Assembly: GCA_963797095.1 (NCBI GenBank)
Contig: CAWCNY010000001.1
Location: 480,001 to 544,000, forward strand
Origin: an uncultured Chloroflexia bacterium
Lineage (GTDB): Bacteria; Chloroflexota; Chloroflexia; QHBQ01; JADMIH01
Reading direction: 5' to 3'
DNA: 64,000 nt
Shown: positions 31,133-42,555 of the stretch, piece after piece
How the letters are laid out: each line of letters starts with the position of its first letter
Numbering within the stretch: position 1 is the stretch's first letter
The notes under the pieces: model-generated
Told to the model about the DNA's origin: nothing
Databases searched by the model: none
The model's input: the letters and a program-made list of their open reading frames with translations, nothing else
Position numbers and translations under genes: made by a program

Positions 31133-34100
31133 CTATCTGGCGGGCGAGCACTCCGGGAAGAAGGTGTTCGCCACGATTTTCGATGCCTGACCGCGGGTAG
31201 TGGTGTTGTTGGGGCGGAAGTATGGACGGTTGTCGGGCGGCACGCATGGCTCGCCCGGACTGCCGCACGGATAGCCTTGTATGGTGGCTTGGCCTGCCAG
31301 CCTCTGCACGAATTCGTAGAACGTAGACCCCGGCAGCACGTCCTCGAATAACTGTGCACCTGGAGGGTCTGTGAACCCGGCAGCGTTGCTCACTATTTTG
31401 GAGATCTGACCCCTCGTAGCGTTATTGTTGGGACGGAAGTAGGGGCCGTTGTCGGGCGGCACACATGGCTCGCCCGGACTGCCGCACGGATAGCCGCTTA
31501 TGTACCCCCTGGAGGCCAACTGCTGAATATATGTGTAGAAGGTTGAACCGGGTGGCACGTCCTCGAATAGTTGGCCGCCGGGTGGGTCGTCGTAGCCCGC
31601 CGATAGGGAGACTATCTTCGATAGTTGGCCTCTGGTGACATTATCGCCCAGCCTGAAGTAAGGGTCGTTATTGGGATCGCAAGGCTCGCCCACGCCACCG
31701 CATGGGTAGCCGTTGATGATGCCCCGGCAGGCCATGCACTGGATGTAGGGGTAGAAGGTTGAGCCGGAGGGCACATCCTCGAAGGCGATGGTGCAGGCTG
31801 CGGGCGTGCCGGTGGGGATGGTAGGTGTGGCCGTTGCCGTGCTGGTGAGGCTAACGGTGGATATGGGACTGCTGGTGGCCGTTGCCGTGCCGCTGGCTAC
31901 AGGGGTATCTGTGGAGGTGTTGGCAGCTATGCCGGTGGGGGTATTGGTGACTGTGGAGGTGTCGGTGACTGTGGGAGGTGTGCCCGTTACCGTTCCGGTG
32001 GGTGTGCCGGTGGATACGGGGCTGTTGGTTGCGGTTGCCAAAGGCGTACCTGTAGGGGTGCCTGTGGCTGTGCCGGTAGGAGTAATAGTGGGAGTATTGG
32101 TCGCCAACGCTGTTGGAGTAGAGCAAGGGCTACTGTAATGTTCGGTCAGCGTGCGGTACACATCATTGTGGAGACCCACCGCCCACACATCGTTGTAGGA
32201 GATGGCTGCTACCCCTAGCAGCCAGTTGAGGCCCCCTGTACTCGGGCTGGAAACCACGCTCCATACGCTGCCGTCCCAATGCTCGGTCAGCGTTTGATCC
32301 TCCGCAAACTCATCATGGTACTCCCCCCCGGCCCAAATATCGCTGGACGAGAGGGCTGCTACCCCATTCAGGGTGTTGGACTCGCTACCCACATCAGGAC
32401 TGGGAACTACATTCCACGTAACGCCGTCCCAGTGCTCGGTCAGCGTATGCTCCAAACGAGTGCCGCCACTGTACTCGACATACTTGCCCACAGCCCATAC
32501 ATCATTGGAGGCTATGGCTGTAACGGCATACAGATCGTTGTCGGCTGTGCCCATGTTGGGGACGGCAACCACATCCCACCCGTCTCCGTCCCAGTGCATA
32601 GCTAGCGCGTTATCTTTGCTGGTGTGGTAGAGACCTACCGCCCATACATCGTCGGAGGAGGCGGCTGTGACGCCATACAGGTACGTAAAATCACTCGGGT
32701 TGGGGCTTGGAATCACACTCCATGCAGTGCCGTCCCAATGCTCGGTTATCGTATGATCGATCTCGTTTACCCCGTCGTAATCCTGGAGGAACCCCACAGC
32801 CCACACATCGTTGTGTGAGATTGCGGTCACACCCAGCAGCCGGTTGTTCTGCGGATCAGGGTCGACACTGGGAACCACGCTCCAAGAGATACCGTCCCAA
32901 TGTATGGTCATCGTCTCTGAAGGATCGTCCAAATCGGGACCTTTGTAGTAGCCCACGGCCCACACATCGTCGGAGGAGATGGCTGCTGCGCCCTGCAGGA
33001 AGTTGAGGTAGGTAGTCAGGTTAGGGCTGGGAACCACGTTCCATGCAGTGCCATCCCACTGTTCGGTCAACGTCTGAAACCCCACCGTGTTATCGCCGTA
33101 GTAGCCCACGGCCCAGATATCGTCGGAGGAGATCGCAGCCAGGGCACGCAGTTCGTTGTCGTACGAACCCACGCTGGGGCTATCCACCACAGCCCACCGC
33201 GGGACGCACTCGGTGGGCACTGGCGTGGGAGTGATTACCGTCGTGGGGGTCGCGGTAGCGGTTCTCGTGGGCAAGGGTGTGCCGGGCGTGGGAGTATCTG
33301 TAGCCGAACACGGCTCATATCGTACCACGAGGGTTTGTTGGTCCCCACCACTACTGTAACCACCCACAGCCCACGCCTCGCTTGCGGATAGCACGGCTAC
33401 CCCGTACAGATCGTTGTCGGTTGACCCCACCGCGGAACTGGAGCTTGCGCTCCAGGCGCTGCCGTTCCAGTGCAGCACGAGGGCCTGGTTATTGGAAGAG
33501 TTATCCTCATAATTCCCTACGGCCCACACGTCGTTCGCTGATGCTACTGCCACCGCCCTGAGTATGTGAGATATGCCTGGATTGGGGCTGGGGATAACAC
33601 TCCAGGCGCTACCGTTCCAGTGCAGAATCAGCGTCTGGCCGAGGGCACCGGCGTAGTAGAATCCCACCGCCCATATGTCGTCTGTGGAAACCGCGTCTAC
33701 GCTGAAGAGGAGGTTGGTCTCGGTGCCGACGCTGGGGCTGGGCACGATGCTCCACGCCGTGCCGTCCCAGTGCATGGTCAGTGTTCGGTCGTCGGTCGAG
33801 GAATTGCTTTCGAGCCCGACTACCCACACGTCATCGGAGGAGATGGCTGTTACCCCTCTGAGAAGGCTGTTAGTTGTGCCTGGATTGGGGCTTGGAATGA
33901 TGCTCCAGGCGCTGCCGTCCCAGTGCATGGTCAGTGTTTGGCCGTGACCATTCTGCACATAGTAACCCACCGCCCACACATCATCAGTGGACACTGCCGC
34001 TACTGTGCTCAGGAAGTTGAAGCTTGATCCCACACCGGGGTTGGGGACGATGCTCCAGGCGCTGCCGTCCCAGTGCAGTATGAGGGTCTCGGATGAGCTG

Positions 34101-34555
34101 GTGCCGACCCCATAGTAACCCACCGCCCACACGTCGTCTGCAGATACCGCTACTACCCCGTTGAGATAGTTGTTGCCGCTCCCCACATTGGGGCTGGGAA
34201 CCACGCTCCACGAGCTACCGTGCCAGTGCAGAACAAGCGTTTGATCGAGGGAAGAATTCTCGTAGTAACCCACAGCCCAAGCATCATCAGCCGATACCGC
34301 AGCTACTCCACTCAAAGTGGCGACGCCGGTACCTGGATCGGGGCTTGGTACCGGGATCCAATCGGGATTACAGGTGGGTATATCGGCGTGTGGTTTAGGA
34401 GCACCAATCGCTGATGCTTCTGCGAGAAGCGATGGTGGCACAGCAGCCTGGACCGCGCCGGCGGTCAAGATGGCTGCAACCATCAAAAAGAAAAGGAGAG
34501 ATGCCGATAGAATGCCTGGAACCTGCCCTCCGAGGTGTTGTCTGGTATTATCCAT
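31133..34555 (-). CDS. Secreted beta-propeller repeat protein with C-terminal SLH domains
   Basis: Signal peptide, two arrays of about 50-aa DDVWAVG...HWDG..WS repeats, Thr/Pro linkers, three FEDV...GYPCG...TRGQ SLH repeats. Confidence 0.88.
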   Translation of the reverse strand: MDNTRQHLGGQVPGILSASLLFFLMVAAILTAGAVQAAVPPSLLAEASAIGAPKPHADIPTCNPDWIPVPSPDPGTGVATLSGVAAVSADDAWAVGYYENSSLDQTLVLHWHGSSWSVVPSPNVGSGNNYLNGVVAVSADDVWAVGYYGVGTSSSETLILHWDGSAWSIVPNPGVGSSFNFLSTVAAVSTDDVWAVGYYVQNGHGQTLTMHWDGSAWSIIPSPNPGTTNSLLRGVTAISSDDVWVVGLESNSSTDDRTLTMHWDGTAWSIVPSPSVGTETNLLFSVDAVSTDDIWAVGFYYAGALGQTLILHWNGSAWSVIPSPNPGISHILRAVAVASANDVWAVGNYEDNSSNNQALVLHWNGSAWSASSSSAVGSTDNDLYGVAVLSASEAWAVGGYSSGGDQQTLVVRYEPCSATDTPTPGTPLPTRTATATPTTVITPTPVPTECVPRWAVVDSPSVGSYDNELRALAAISSDDIWAVGYYGDNTVGFQTLTEQWDGTAWNVVPSPNLTTYLNFLQGAAAISSDDVWAVGYYKGPDLDDPSETMTIHWDGISWSVVPSVDPDPQNNRLLGVTAISHNDVWAVGFLQDYDGVNEIDHTITEHWDGTAWSVIPSPNPSDFTYLYGVTAASSDDVWAVGLYHTSKDNALAMHWDGDGWDVVAVPNMGTADNDLYAVTAIASNDVWAVGKYVEYSGGTRLEHTLTEHWDGVTWNVVPSPDVGSESNTLNGVAALSSSDIWAGGEYHDEFAEDQTLTEHWDGSVWSVVSSPSTGGLNWLLGVAAISYNDVWAVGLHNDVYRTLTEHYSSPCSTPTALATNTPTITPTGTATGTPTGTPLATATNSPVSTGTPTGTVTGTPPTVTDTSTVTNTPTGIAANTSTDTPVASGTATATSSPISTVSLTSTATATPTIPTGTPAACTIAFEDVPSGSTFYPYIQCMACRGIINGYPCGGVGEPCDPNNDPYFRLGDNVTRGQLSKIVSLSAGYDDPPGGQLFEDVPPGSTFYTYIQQLASRGYISGYPCGSPGEPCVPPDNGPYFRPNNNATRGQISKIVSNAAGFTDPPGAQLFEDVLPGSTFYEFVQRLAGQATIQGYPCGSPGEPCVPPDNRPYFRPNNTTTRGQASKIVANTFFPECSPAR

Positions 34556-34794
34556 ACTGGTACGACGCTCCTCTCTTGCTGGGTGCAAAACGATGGATGA
34601 TGCGCAGCCCTCTTTTCGGGCATGGAATTAGTTCGAAGTCTCGTTCGGCGCATCATTTCGGGTATGAAAGCAGGTAGGATAAATATCGATCGATGTTGCC
34701 AACTTAGCACACTTTAGTGACAAAAGCAGGCCGAATAATTACAGGAAGCTTACATCTTGGCACTTCCAGACTTGTAAAGTTGGGAATTAAATGG

Positions 34795-34969
34795 GTAACC
34801 CATCACACGCTCCTGCACAAGGTCTGGGGGCCGGAATACGTCAGCGAAAGCCAATCGCCGCGGGTGTAACACAGGCCACCTCCGAGCCAGGGTTGAGGAG
34901 CGCCCCGAGCGGCCAACGTACATTGTGACCGGGCCAGGCGTCGGCTACCGGTTTCGGGACAGTGTTTGA
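34795..34969 (+). pseudogene. C-terminal fragment of an OmpR/KdpE-type response regulator
   Basis: Manual translation VTHHTLLHKVWGPEY...RV/TGHLRARVEERPERPTYIVTGPGVGYRF with one frameshift. Confidence 0.75.
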
Positions 34970-34987
34970 TAAGGAAACGCCAATACA

Positions 34988-35845
34988 ATGCTGCACATGA
35001 ATAGCATCACCCAGGTGGAGAAGGGAACGATCGAATACCGCGTCATCGGCAAAGGATCGGCGGGATCGGCTGCGCTCGTGCTCAATGGAGGACATACCAA
35101 TTGCAACTCCCCCTTTGGACATGAGCAGTTCTTCCTGGAAGAGGGGTATCGGCTTATCATTCCCTCAAGACCTGGCTACGGAAAGACGCCGTCTGGCACA
35201 GGCAGAACAGCTGAAGCATGTGCTGATGCGCTCGTCGGTCTTCTGGACCACCTGCACCTTGAGCAGGTCATCGTAGTTGGGATTTCGGGAGCCGGGCCGA
35301 CCGCCTTGCAGTTAGCGGGTCGTCACCCCGAACGGGTAAATAAGCTCATCCTGCAAAACGCCGTTACTGCCGGACGATTTCCCGCTCCCATGGTTCGGCT
35401 AGGCGCCTATCTCATATTCAACCGGTGGGTAGAACGATGGACCTGGGCGGCATTTCGTGCGTTCGCACGAGTTGCACCGGCGAACGCGTTGCAACTGATG
35501 ATGGGAAGTCTTACCTCGCTAGATCCTGCTCAAGTGGTCGCTGCAATGAGCCAACAACAGAGACAGGCGGCACTTGCTCTGGTGGTGGCTTCGCGGTCAG
35601 GACCAGGAAATGGATTTCTGCATGACTTACACCACCATTGTGGCGACCTTCGGCGCATCACAGCTCCGACCCTGGTGATCAGGAGCAAATACGACGGGTC
35701 GATGAGCGCATCTCATGCGATGTATGCGGCAGACCATATTCCCAGTGCAAAACTCTTTGTCTCTCCGGCAGAGAGCCATCTGCTGTGGTTCAGCGAGCAT
35801 AACGCCGCCGTCGAAGAGAGAATGCGCGCGTTCTTACAAGGTTAG
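34988..35845 (+). CDS. Alpha/beta hydrolase
   Basis: SRPGYGKT, GISGAG nucleophile elbow, PTLVI...D, ESH. Confidence 0.9.
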   Translation: MLHMNSITQVEKGTIEYRVIGKGSAGSAALVLNGGHTNCNSPFGHEQFFLEEGYRLIIPSRPGYGKTPSGTGRTAEACADALVGLLDHLHLEQVIVVGISGAGPTALQLAGRHPERVNKLILQNAVTAGRFPAPMVRLGAYLIFNRWVERWTWAAFRAFARVAPANALQLMMGSLTSLDPAQVVAAMSQQQRQAALALVVASRSGPGNGFLHDLHHHCGDLRRITAPTLVIRSKYDGSMSASHAMYAADHIPSAKLFVSPAESHLLWFSEHNAAVEERMRAFLQG

Positions 35846-35980
35846 TACGGTAGGCCACCGCCCGCAGCCTGCTGCGGTGGGCCTCAAATTGGGCCGCCAG
35901 CCATTCCTGCCGGCCGCCGCTCCGGTCAGTCCGGCCCACAATCTCTCCCATCAGTTACATCCTTGCCTTTCCTTCTTACC

Positions 35981-36019
35981 TTACCCTGTCACATTACCCT
36001 GTCACATTACCCTGTCACA
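35981..36019. repeat. 13-bp tandem repeat x3
   Basis: TTACCCTGTCACA, intergenic. Confidence 0.85.
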
Positions 36020-36243
36020 TTTGCTCTGCGCGTTCTGTCATTATATTGACGTGCCAAACCCGGCCGGTGTGACATTGTAACGTAACATCGGGACATGTGA
36101 CCGGGAGCCTCTAGAGATTGTTATGAGCTTGCTCGCTGACAGCTGTGGGGCGTTGAGAACCAGGGAGCAGGCAGTAGAGGCACATGCACCCCTGATGACC
36201 GAAAAGGAGGTTGAAACCATGAGAACCGAACACACCCAGAACA

Positions 36244-37893
36244 GGGTGCGCGCCATCGTTTAGGCGACTTTTCTGAGAGGGCGAGTTTTGGGCCAGCATT
36301 GCTCCCACCTCTCACTGAGCAGTTCGGCTCTCAGTGTCAGCACCCCTTGTGCTCCTGGTTTGCTCCAACACATGCCTGCTCCCTTGAGACGGGCACCAAT
36401 CAGCCGCTTGCATGCACTCTCCACCGTGCCTGAACCAACTGGGAAGCCCAATGCCCGGTACTCGGAGTAGCGCATCCTCTCTTTGTTCGTCTGGAAGTAA
36501 TGAATCTGCTCTCGTGCCGCTTCTCCCGCCTCCCCTTCACGTTTGCTCTCTCTGTGTAGAGCCACAATGACTGCTTCTACCCTTCCCTCCCATAATTCCT
36601 TCTCCCAACGCTTCACCCATCTTGCGGCGTCTGGTGTGCCCTGCCCGAAGATACCATTACCTGCTTGCCACAGGTGCTCCATGGCGTGATACCAGTCGAG
36701 TACCTCTACCCTGTTGGCAAAGTGCTCATCGAACTGTATCCAGTTGGTGGGTGCCCCATCTCCCAGACATACAACCTGCTCCTCAGGACCTATCCCTCTC
36801 CTCCATGCTTCAGCACTCAACCGCTTTCCTGCCCGCTCCATCGAGCCGACCTCCGCCACATAGCTCTGATGGGTGGCTCTTGCCCCCTCTATCTCTCCTG
36901 CTTCGTTGTATGCAGGCTCGGCCCAAAACACCACTCCCGCTTTAGCGTCATGCCACCCATCTTCGTAGCGCACCTTGCCAGCGTCCAGCGTCGCCGCCCA
37001 TGTGCCCAAGCCCAATGCTCCATCTGCAACCTTTGAACCTTTCTGAGAGGTGGGACTTGCCCCTAGCGTTTGATCTTCTGCTTGCAAGCTCTCCTCTCCT
37101 CTTGCAAGCTCTCCTCTTGCAAGCTCTCCTCTTGCAAGCTCTCCTCTTGCAAGCTCTCCTCTCCTCTTGCAAGCTCTCCTCTTGCAAGCTCTCCTCTTGC
37201 AAGCTCTCCTCTCCTCTTGCAAGCTCTCCTCTAATGTAAGCCCCCTCCTCTAATGTAAGCCCCCTCTGTTCAGTCATGCGCTCGGCTTCTCTTGGAGAGA
37301 CCGACATGCCAGTGAGTACCTCCACTGCATGTGCAGCCTGCTCGAAAGGCATCTGCACACCCAGCAGGCACACTCCTTGTTGCACTCCGTCCGAGAAGTG
37401 TTCCCGTGCGGGTATGCCTAGAGCCTCATCCAGCGGGTAGCGTCCGGTGCCACACCCTTTACAGTAGAAGTAACCTCTCTCCAATGTGACCGTGCCTACC
37501 CATGTTTGCACAGTGCGCCGCTGCTTACCCTTGTACTGGGGTGTCTGCCCGCAGTCACACTGCTTGTGCCCAAGCAGCCATTCTTCCTCTATCATGGCAC
37601 GATGCAGTTGGGCTGCGGCTTCTAAGGCTGAGGCGAAACAGTCCGAGCGCAGTTGACGTGCTCTTTCTTCGAGACTGCTCAAAGTAGCATCCGGGTTGCG
37701 TTGAGCATATATCCAAAGTTGTTTGACGAGCCCCTCAAATTCCTTCACAATACTAGTGAGGGCAGGTGACAGGTCGCAAACGGCCTGAAACTCGCTACTC
37801 TGCATGATACCCTCCAGGATTTCGGCCTTAGCCGGGATGTCTTCACCTAGAGGGTATCATTTTTCTTTCCTTCCTAAAAGATGGCGCGCACCC
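36244..37893 (-). mobile_element. ISKra4-family element; transposase 36260-37805 frameshifted by repeat expansion
   Basis: IRs GGGTGCGCGCCATC(G/T)TTTAGG; motifs GDGA, LDWYHA, GSGTVESACK. Confidence 0.88.
37081..37265. repeat. Compound tandem repeat: 15-mer x9, three 5-mers, 19-mer x2
   Basis: CTTGCAAGCTCTCCT units. Collapsing the 154 extra nt restores QRGLTLEESLQAED in frame. Confidence 0.9.
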
Positions 37894-38919
37894 CCCCTCG
37901 TATCTCCCGTTGGGAGAAGCTTGGTCTGGCAGTCCTTGCTGCTAGGCTCACCGCCATTGGACATGAGGGCCGCGCCCGCTTGAGCAAGGTGTCCCTCCTT
38001 TTCAAGCCTGATACCTTGCTCCGTTGGCACCGCCAGTTGGTCCGGCGCAAGTGGACTTTCAAACGGCAATCCTTGCTCCCTCGTCGCGCATCGGATCCAG
38101 AGTTGGTCAACTTGCTCCTACGCTTGGCTAGGGAAAACCCGAGTTGGGGTTATAGCAAGTTGCATGGCGAACTGATCAAGTTGGGCTACCAGATTGGGCG
38201 CTCCACTGTCAGGGACATTCTGAAACGCCAGCATATGCCTCCTGCTCCTGAGCGAGCGAGGAAAGGGAGCAGTTGGCGGCAGTTCCTGAGCCATTATCGG
38301 GGGCAATTCGTCGCGTGCGACTTCTTCACGGTTGAGACAGCCTGGCTCAAGACACTCTACGTACTATTCTTCATCGAACTCGGTAGTCGGCGCGTTCATT
38401 TTGCCGGTTGCACTCCTCATCCGACAGGGAAGTGGGTGGCCCAACAAGCACGGCAATTGACTTGGAAGCTTGAGGACGAAAGGGAAGAGGGGGGTGAGCT
38501 ATTACAGGCGTTACACATCCGGTTCCTGATCCATGACCGCGATGCGAAATTCACGGAGGGCTTCGACGCTGTGTTTGAGGCTGAAGGGATAGAAATAATC
38601 CAGACACCCTATCGAGCACCACGAGCCAACGCATTTGCTGAACGCTGGATCCGCTCAGCAAGAGAGGAGTGCCTCGACCGCCTATTGATCGTGAGTGAAG
38701 CACATCTGAGACATGTAATGAAGGAATACGTGGACTATTACAACCAAGCGCGTCCACACCAGGGTATCGAGCAGCGCTGCCCTATTCCAATACCAATGGA
38801 GCAAGCCCATAAAGAAGGCCCGGTGAAATGCCGTGACGTGCTGAGTGGTATCATCCACAACTATTATCGGGAGGCCGCCTGACCCAAGTTGAGCACAGAT
38901 GACCTGCCCGCACACTACA
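37894..38919 (+). mobile_element. rve-type IS, C-terminal part and right end
   Basis: KPDTLLRWHR, ACDFFTV, HDRDAKF, NAFAERW; end CCGCACACTACA. Confidence 0.88.
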
Positions 38920-39560
38920 GGCAAGAGCCACCCATCAGAGCTATGTGGCGGAGGTCGGCTCGATGGAGCGGGCAGGAAAGCGGTTGAGTGCTGAAGCATG
39001 GAGGAGAGGGATAGGCCCTGAGGAGCAGGTTGTATGTCTGGGAGATGGGGCACCCACCAACTGGATACAGTTCGATGAGCACTTTGCCAACAGGGTAGAG
39101 GTACTCGACTGGTATCACGCCATGGAGCACCTGTGGCAAGCAGGTAATGGTATCTTCGGGCAGGGCACACCAGACGCCGCAAGATGGGTGAAGCGTTGGG
39201 AGAAGGAATTATGGGAGGGAAGGGTAGAAGCAGTCATTGTGGCTCTACACAGAGAGAGCAAACGTGAAGGGGAGGCGGGAGAAGCGGCACGAGAGCAGAT
39301 TCATTACTTCCAGACGAACAAAGAGAGGATGCGCTACTCCGAGTACCGGGCATTGGGCTTCCCAGTTGGTTCAGGCACGGTGGAGAGTGCATGCAAGCGG
39401 CTGATTGGTGCCCGTCTCAAGGGAGCAGGCATGTGTTGGAGCAAACCAGGAGCACAAGGGGTGCTGACACTGAGAGCCGAACTGCTCAGTGAGAGGTGGG
39501 AGCAATGCTGGCCCAAAACTCGCCCTCTCAGAAAAGTCGCCTAAACGATGGCGCGCACCC
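38920..39560 (+). mobile_element. Inverted 3' copy of the ISKra4 element
   Basis: Near-identical reverse complement of 36244-36884; same protein C-terminus and IR. Confidence 0.92.
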
Positions 39561-39823
39561 CACGAGGGGTGGCAGGTTGACGGCGTTGAAGGATCCGCAA
39601 TTGTTGACGCAGAAGCAGGATCTGGAGATCTTTGTGGCGCTCAGAGCAGCGGCTGACAGTGAACAGGTCAAGGAACATCGAAACGAGTTGAGCGATTAGC
39701 ATGAAAATCATACTAAAGCATACTGTAGGAAGTACAGAAGTCCTGTCGACCTCTGAGCCACGCAGCCTTCAGCTATGGATCTGAGCGGGTTGCAGAGCCC
39801 GGACGCCAAAACCGCACACTACA
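39561..39823 (-). mobile_element. rve-type IS, left end and N-terminal part
   Basis: End TGTAGTGTGCGG at 39823. From ATG 39711: MIFMLIAQLVSMFLDLF...KDLQILLLRQQLRILQRRQPATPR, which continues into PRISRW at 37894. Confidence 0.85.
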
Positions 39824-40925
39824 GGGTGAGCACAGCGACGTTGTCTGCGCAGGTAGCACGGGTAGCTGATAGGGCAGAGAGCGAGCTAGGCGAGGAGCAG
39901 CCGATGTTCGTCGAAGGGTGCCCAGCCATGTGGGCTGCCTTGCCGGAACCAGATGCACCGATCACGGTCGGACTGGATGGCGGATACGTGCATGCACGCG
40001 AAGGCAAGAACCGCAAAGCCGGTTGCTTCGAGGTGATCGTGGGCAAGAGCATGCCTGGGGACGCAGAGGGGCCAAATCGTCGTTTTGGGTACGTGAATGG
40101 TGAAGACAGGAAACCGAAGCGGCGTTTGTATGAGTTGTTGAAGGCGCAAGGCATGCAAGAGAACCAGCAAATGATCTTTATCTCGGACGGAGGGGACACG
40201 GTTCGTGACTTACCGATGTATCTGAACCCACACTCTGAGCACCTACTTGACTGGTTTCATGTCGCGATGCGCATAACGGTGCTCGGGCAGTTGGCGAAGG
40301 GCATTCCTAAACACGTTCCTGAACAGCCTCCCAAGCACATTTCCAAGGGCGTACCCTATAAGCAGAAGGAGCCATGCAACAGGGCAGCCTGGGATGCTCA
40401 GGATGAAGACGAAGAGGAAGGTGCAGGTCGGACGCCACAGGAATTGACCGAGCAGTTGGAAAGGGTGAAATGGTACTTGTGGCATGGGAACGTGTTCATG
40501 GCATTGCAGTTGATAGAAGAGTTGGAAGAAGATGCCGAGGTGTTGGCGGACAGGAGTGTAACAAGGGTAGCAGGGAAGAAGCTGGCGAAAGCAGTGAGTG
40601 AATTCTGGGGCTACATCAGTGCCAACCGGGCATTCATTGTGAATTACGGTGATCGCTACCGAAATGGAGAGAGGATCTCATCAGCCTTCGTAGAGTCGAC
40701 GGTCAACGAGGTGATAAGCACACGATTTGAGAAGAAGCAATCGATGAGGTGGACGAAGCGGGGAGCTCACGACCTGTTGCAAGTACGGGTGCGAGTGCTG
40801 GACGGTGAATGGAGGCGAAGCTATGAGCGATGGTATCCAAGCATGAGGGAGGCGAGCCAGGTGGTAGAGGAGCAGCGCGCCGCATGATCGCCTGCACGAC
40901 CTGCCCCCGATTTTGAATGGGTTCC
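39824..40925 (+). mobile_element. 5'-truncated ISKra4-family element (different subfamily)
   Basis: VGLDGGYV, SDGG, LDWFHV, ISSAFVESTVNEV. Confidence 0.85.
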
Positions 40926-41025
40926 AGATAGTTGGACAGATGCCATCCAGGCTCACTTTCAGGTGGTGAATGGTAGTCCTTTCAGGCGTTGGCTCGTGCG
41001 TTGGCTCGGGTGTCTTCTTAGGCAT
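40926..41025 (-). pseudogene. N-terminus of a pRiA4b ORF-3-like protein, truncated by ISKra4
   Basis: TIHHLKVSLDGICPTIW resembles the family N-terminal YQLKITL.GI.PPIWR. Confidence 0.6.
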
Positions 41026-41067
41026 TAATCCCCTATCCCCCCTACCTTGTGGAGTTCAGCTTTCGCT

Positions 41068-42300
41068 CTAGTCCTCGGAAGGTGTCTCTGGTCTTTCCCC
41101 CTCTCCGTCTGCCTCTCCCCGTTCCATTTCCCCTCCAAGCTCAGACTCAAGCTCCTCCAGTTCCGCCACTGTGGGGAGGCTACTGCTCAGTGGGGCGGGC
41201 AGTTCGGGTAGGAGATTGAGCAAGTACTCGGACACGCTAATGGGTTTAGTCATGTCCCTCAGTGCGTATTCGACGATGAGACGATCGCGACTCTTGCACA
41301 GAATGATACCGATGCTGGGTCCATCGGTTGGGTTGCGGAGTTGGTCGTCCACCGCCGACAGGTAGAAGTTCATCTTTCCGGCGTACTCAGGCTCGAACTC
41401 CCCCGGCTTCAGTTCTATTACGACAAAGCAGCGCAGGTGCAGGTGATAGAAAAGGATGTCCAGCCTATACTCACGGCCCTGGACCTCGAGCGGATACTCG
41501 CTGCCCACATAAGCGAACCCCTTGCCCAGTTCCAGCAAGAATTCGCGGATGTGAGCGATCAGTCCACGGTGCAATTCACGCTCCTGCGCCCGTTGGGTCA
41601 GGGTCAGGAAGTCAAAGTTGTAGGGGTCTTTGAGAAGCTGGCGTGTCAGATCGGAGTCAGGCGGCGGCAACACAGAGGCGAAGTTGTCGAGGGCTTTGCC
41701 CTGGCGGTGGTAGAGTCCGCTCTCTATTTGATGCATCAGTATATTGCGGCTCCAACCATTCTCGATAGTCTTGCGGATGTACCAGGCTCGCTCGGCCGGG
41801 TCTTTGACGGCGTCGAGTAAGGAGACATTGTGGCCCCAGGGAATTTGTGCAACGGCCTCTTGCACAAATGCCTCATCCGGGTAGGCATCGGCCAGAGCGC
41901 GCATGTAGTGAAGGTTGCGGCGCGAAAAGCCACTCATTCCGGGGAAAGATCGGCGTAGATCTGCGGCCAGCTGATCGATCACCTTGCCGCCCCAACCTCG
42001 TTCCTGCTGCCGGTGAAGAACATCGCGCCCTATATGCCAGTAAAGGAGCACCAGTTCACGATTTACGGAAAGCGCCGCCCGAATCTGCGCCTCCTGAATC
42101 CGTTGCTTGATCTCGACCAGGAACTCCTGATAGCCGCTGGCCGCTAGCTCTTTCTCTAGCTTTCTCTCCATCTCTGGCACATTCGCCGCCATCAGGGACA
42201 GATTGTTTTCTCTGTCTTTCCTGTCTTCTCTGCGCTTGCTCCTTGCCTCATGCCTGAGATTGGGATTGGGTTCGGGCTTGGAGTTGCCGTCGGGCATCAT
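41068..42300 (-). CDS. DUF1016 / YhcG PD-(D/E)XK nuclease-domain protein
   Basis: VNRELVLLYWHIG, GFSRRNLHYM, KDPYNFDFL, DILFYH...VIELK. Confidence 0.92.
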   Translation of the reverse strand: MMPDGNSKPEPNPNLRHEARSKRREDRKDRENNLSLMAANVPEMERKLEKELAASGYQEFLVEIKQRIQEAQIRAALSVNRELVLLYWHIGRDVLHRQQERGWGGKVIDQLAADLRRSFPGMSGFSRRNLHYMRALADAYPDEAFVQEAVAQIPWGHNVSLLDAVKDPAERAWYIRKTIENGWSRNILMHQIESGLYHRQGKALDNFASVLPPPDSDLTRQLLKDPYNFDFLTLTQRAQERELHRGLIAHIREFLLELGKGFAYVGSEYPLEVQGREYRLDILFYHLHLRCFVVIELKPGEFEPEYAGKMNFYLSAVDDQLRNPTDGPSIGIILCKSRDRLIVEYALRDMTKPISVSEYLLNLLPELPAPLSSSLPTVAELEELESELGGEMERGEADGEGERPETPSED

Positions 42301-42555
42301 TATCTTCCCTCTTTCTCTGCTGTCTATCTATCTCGGCAGGATTACAGTATATCGCAGGTTTGGACAGAGCCAGGGCATAATACCCAACGCACAGGATACC
42401 AGGATAGACCTGCGAGCGAAAGGAGACCCACCTCACATGAACTCGTGGGGTGGGAGGCGCGCTTCAGGAGAGCTTTGCCGTTTCGAGCTAGAGATCTCGC
42501 CGGATACCTCAGACCCTTATGTCTTCTCCATCGTCGTACATTACCTAACTTCGCC

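Noticed and set aside
39775-39823. Listed start of the 370-aa transposase ORF
   Set aside because: These codons belong to the rve element's end; the ORF is a chimeric read-in to a truncated ISKra4.
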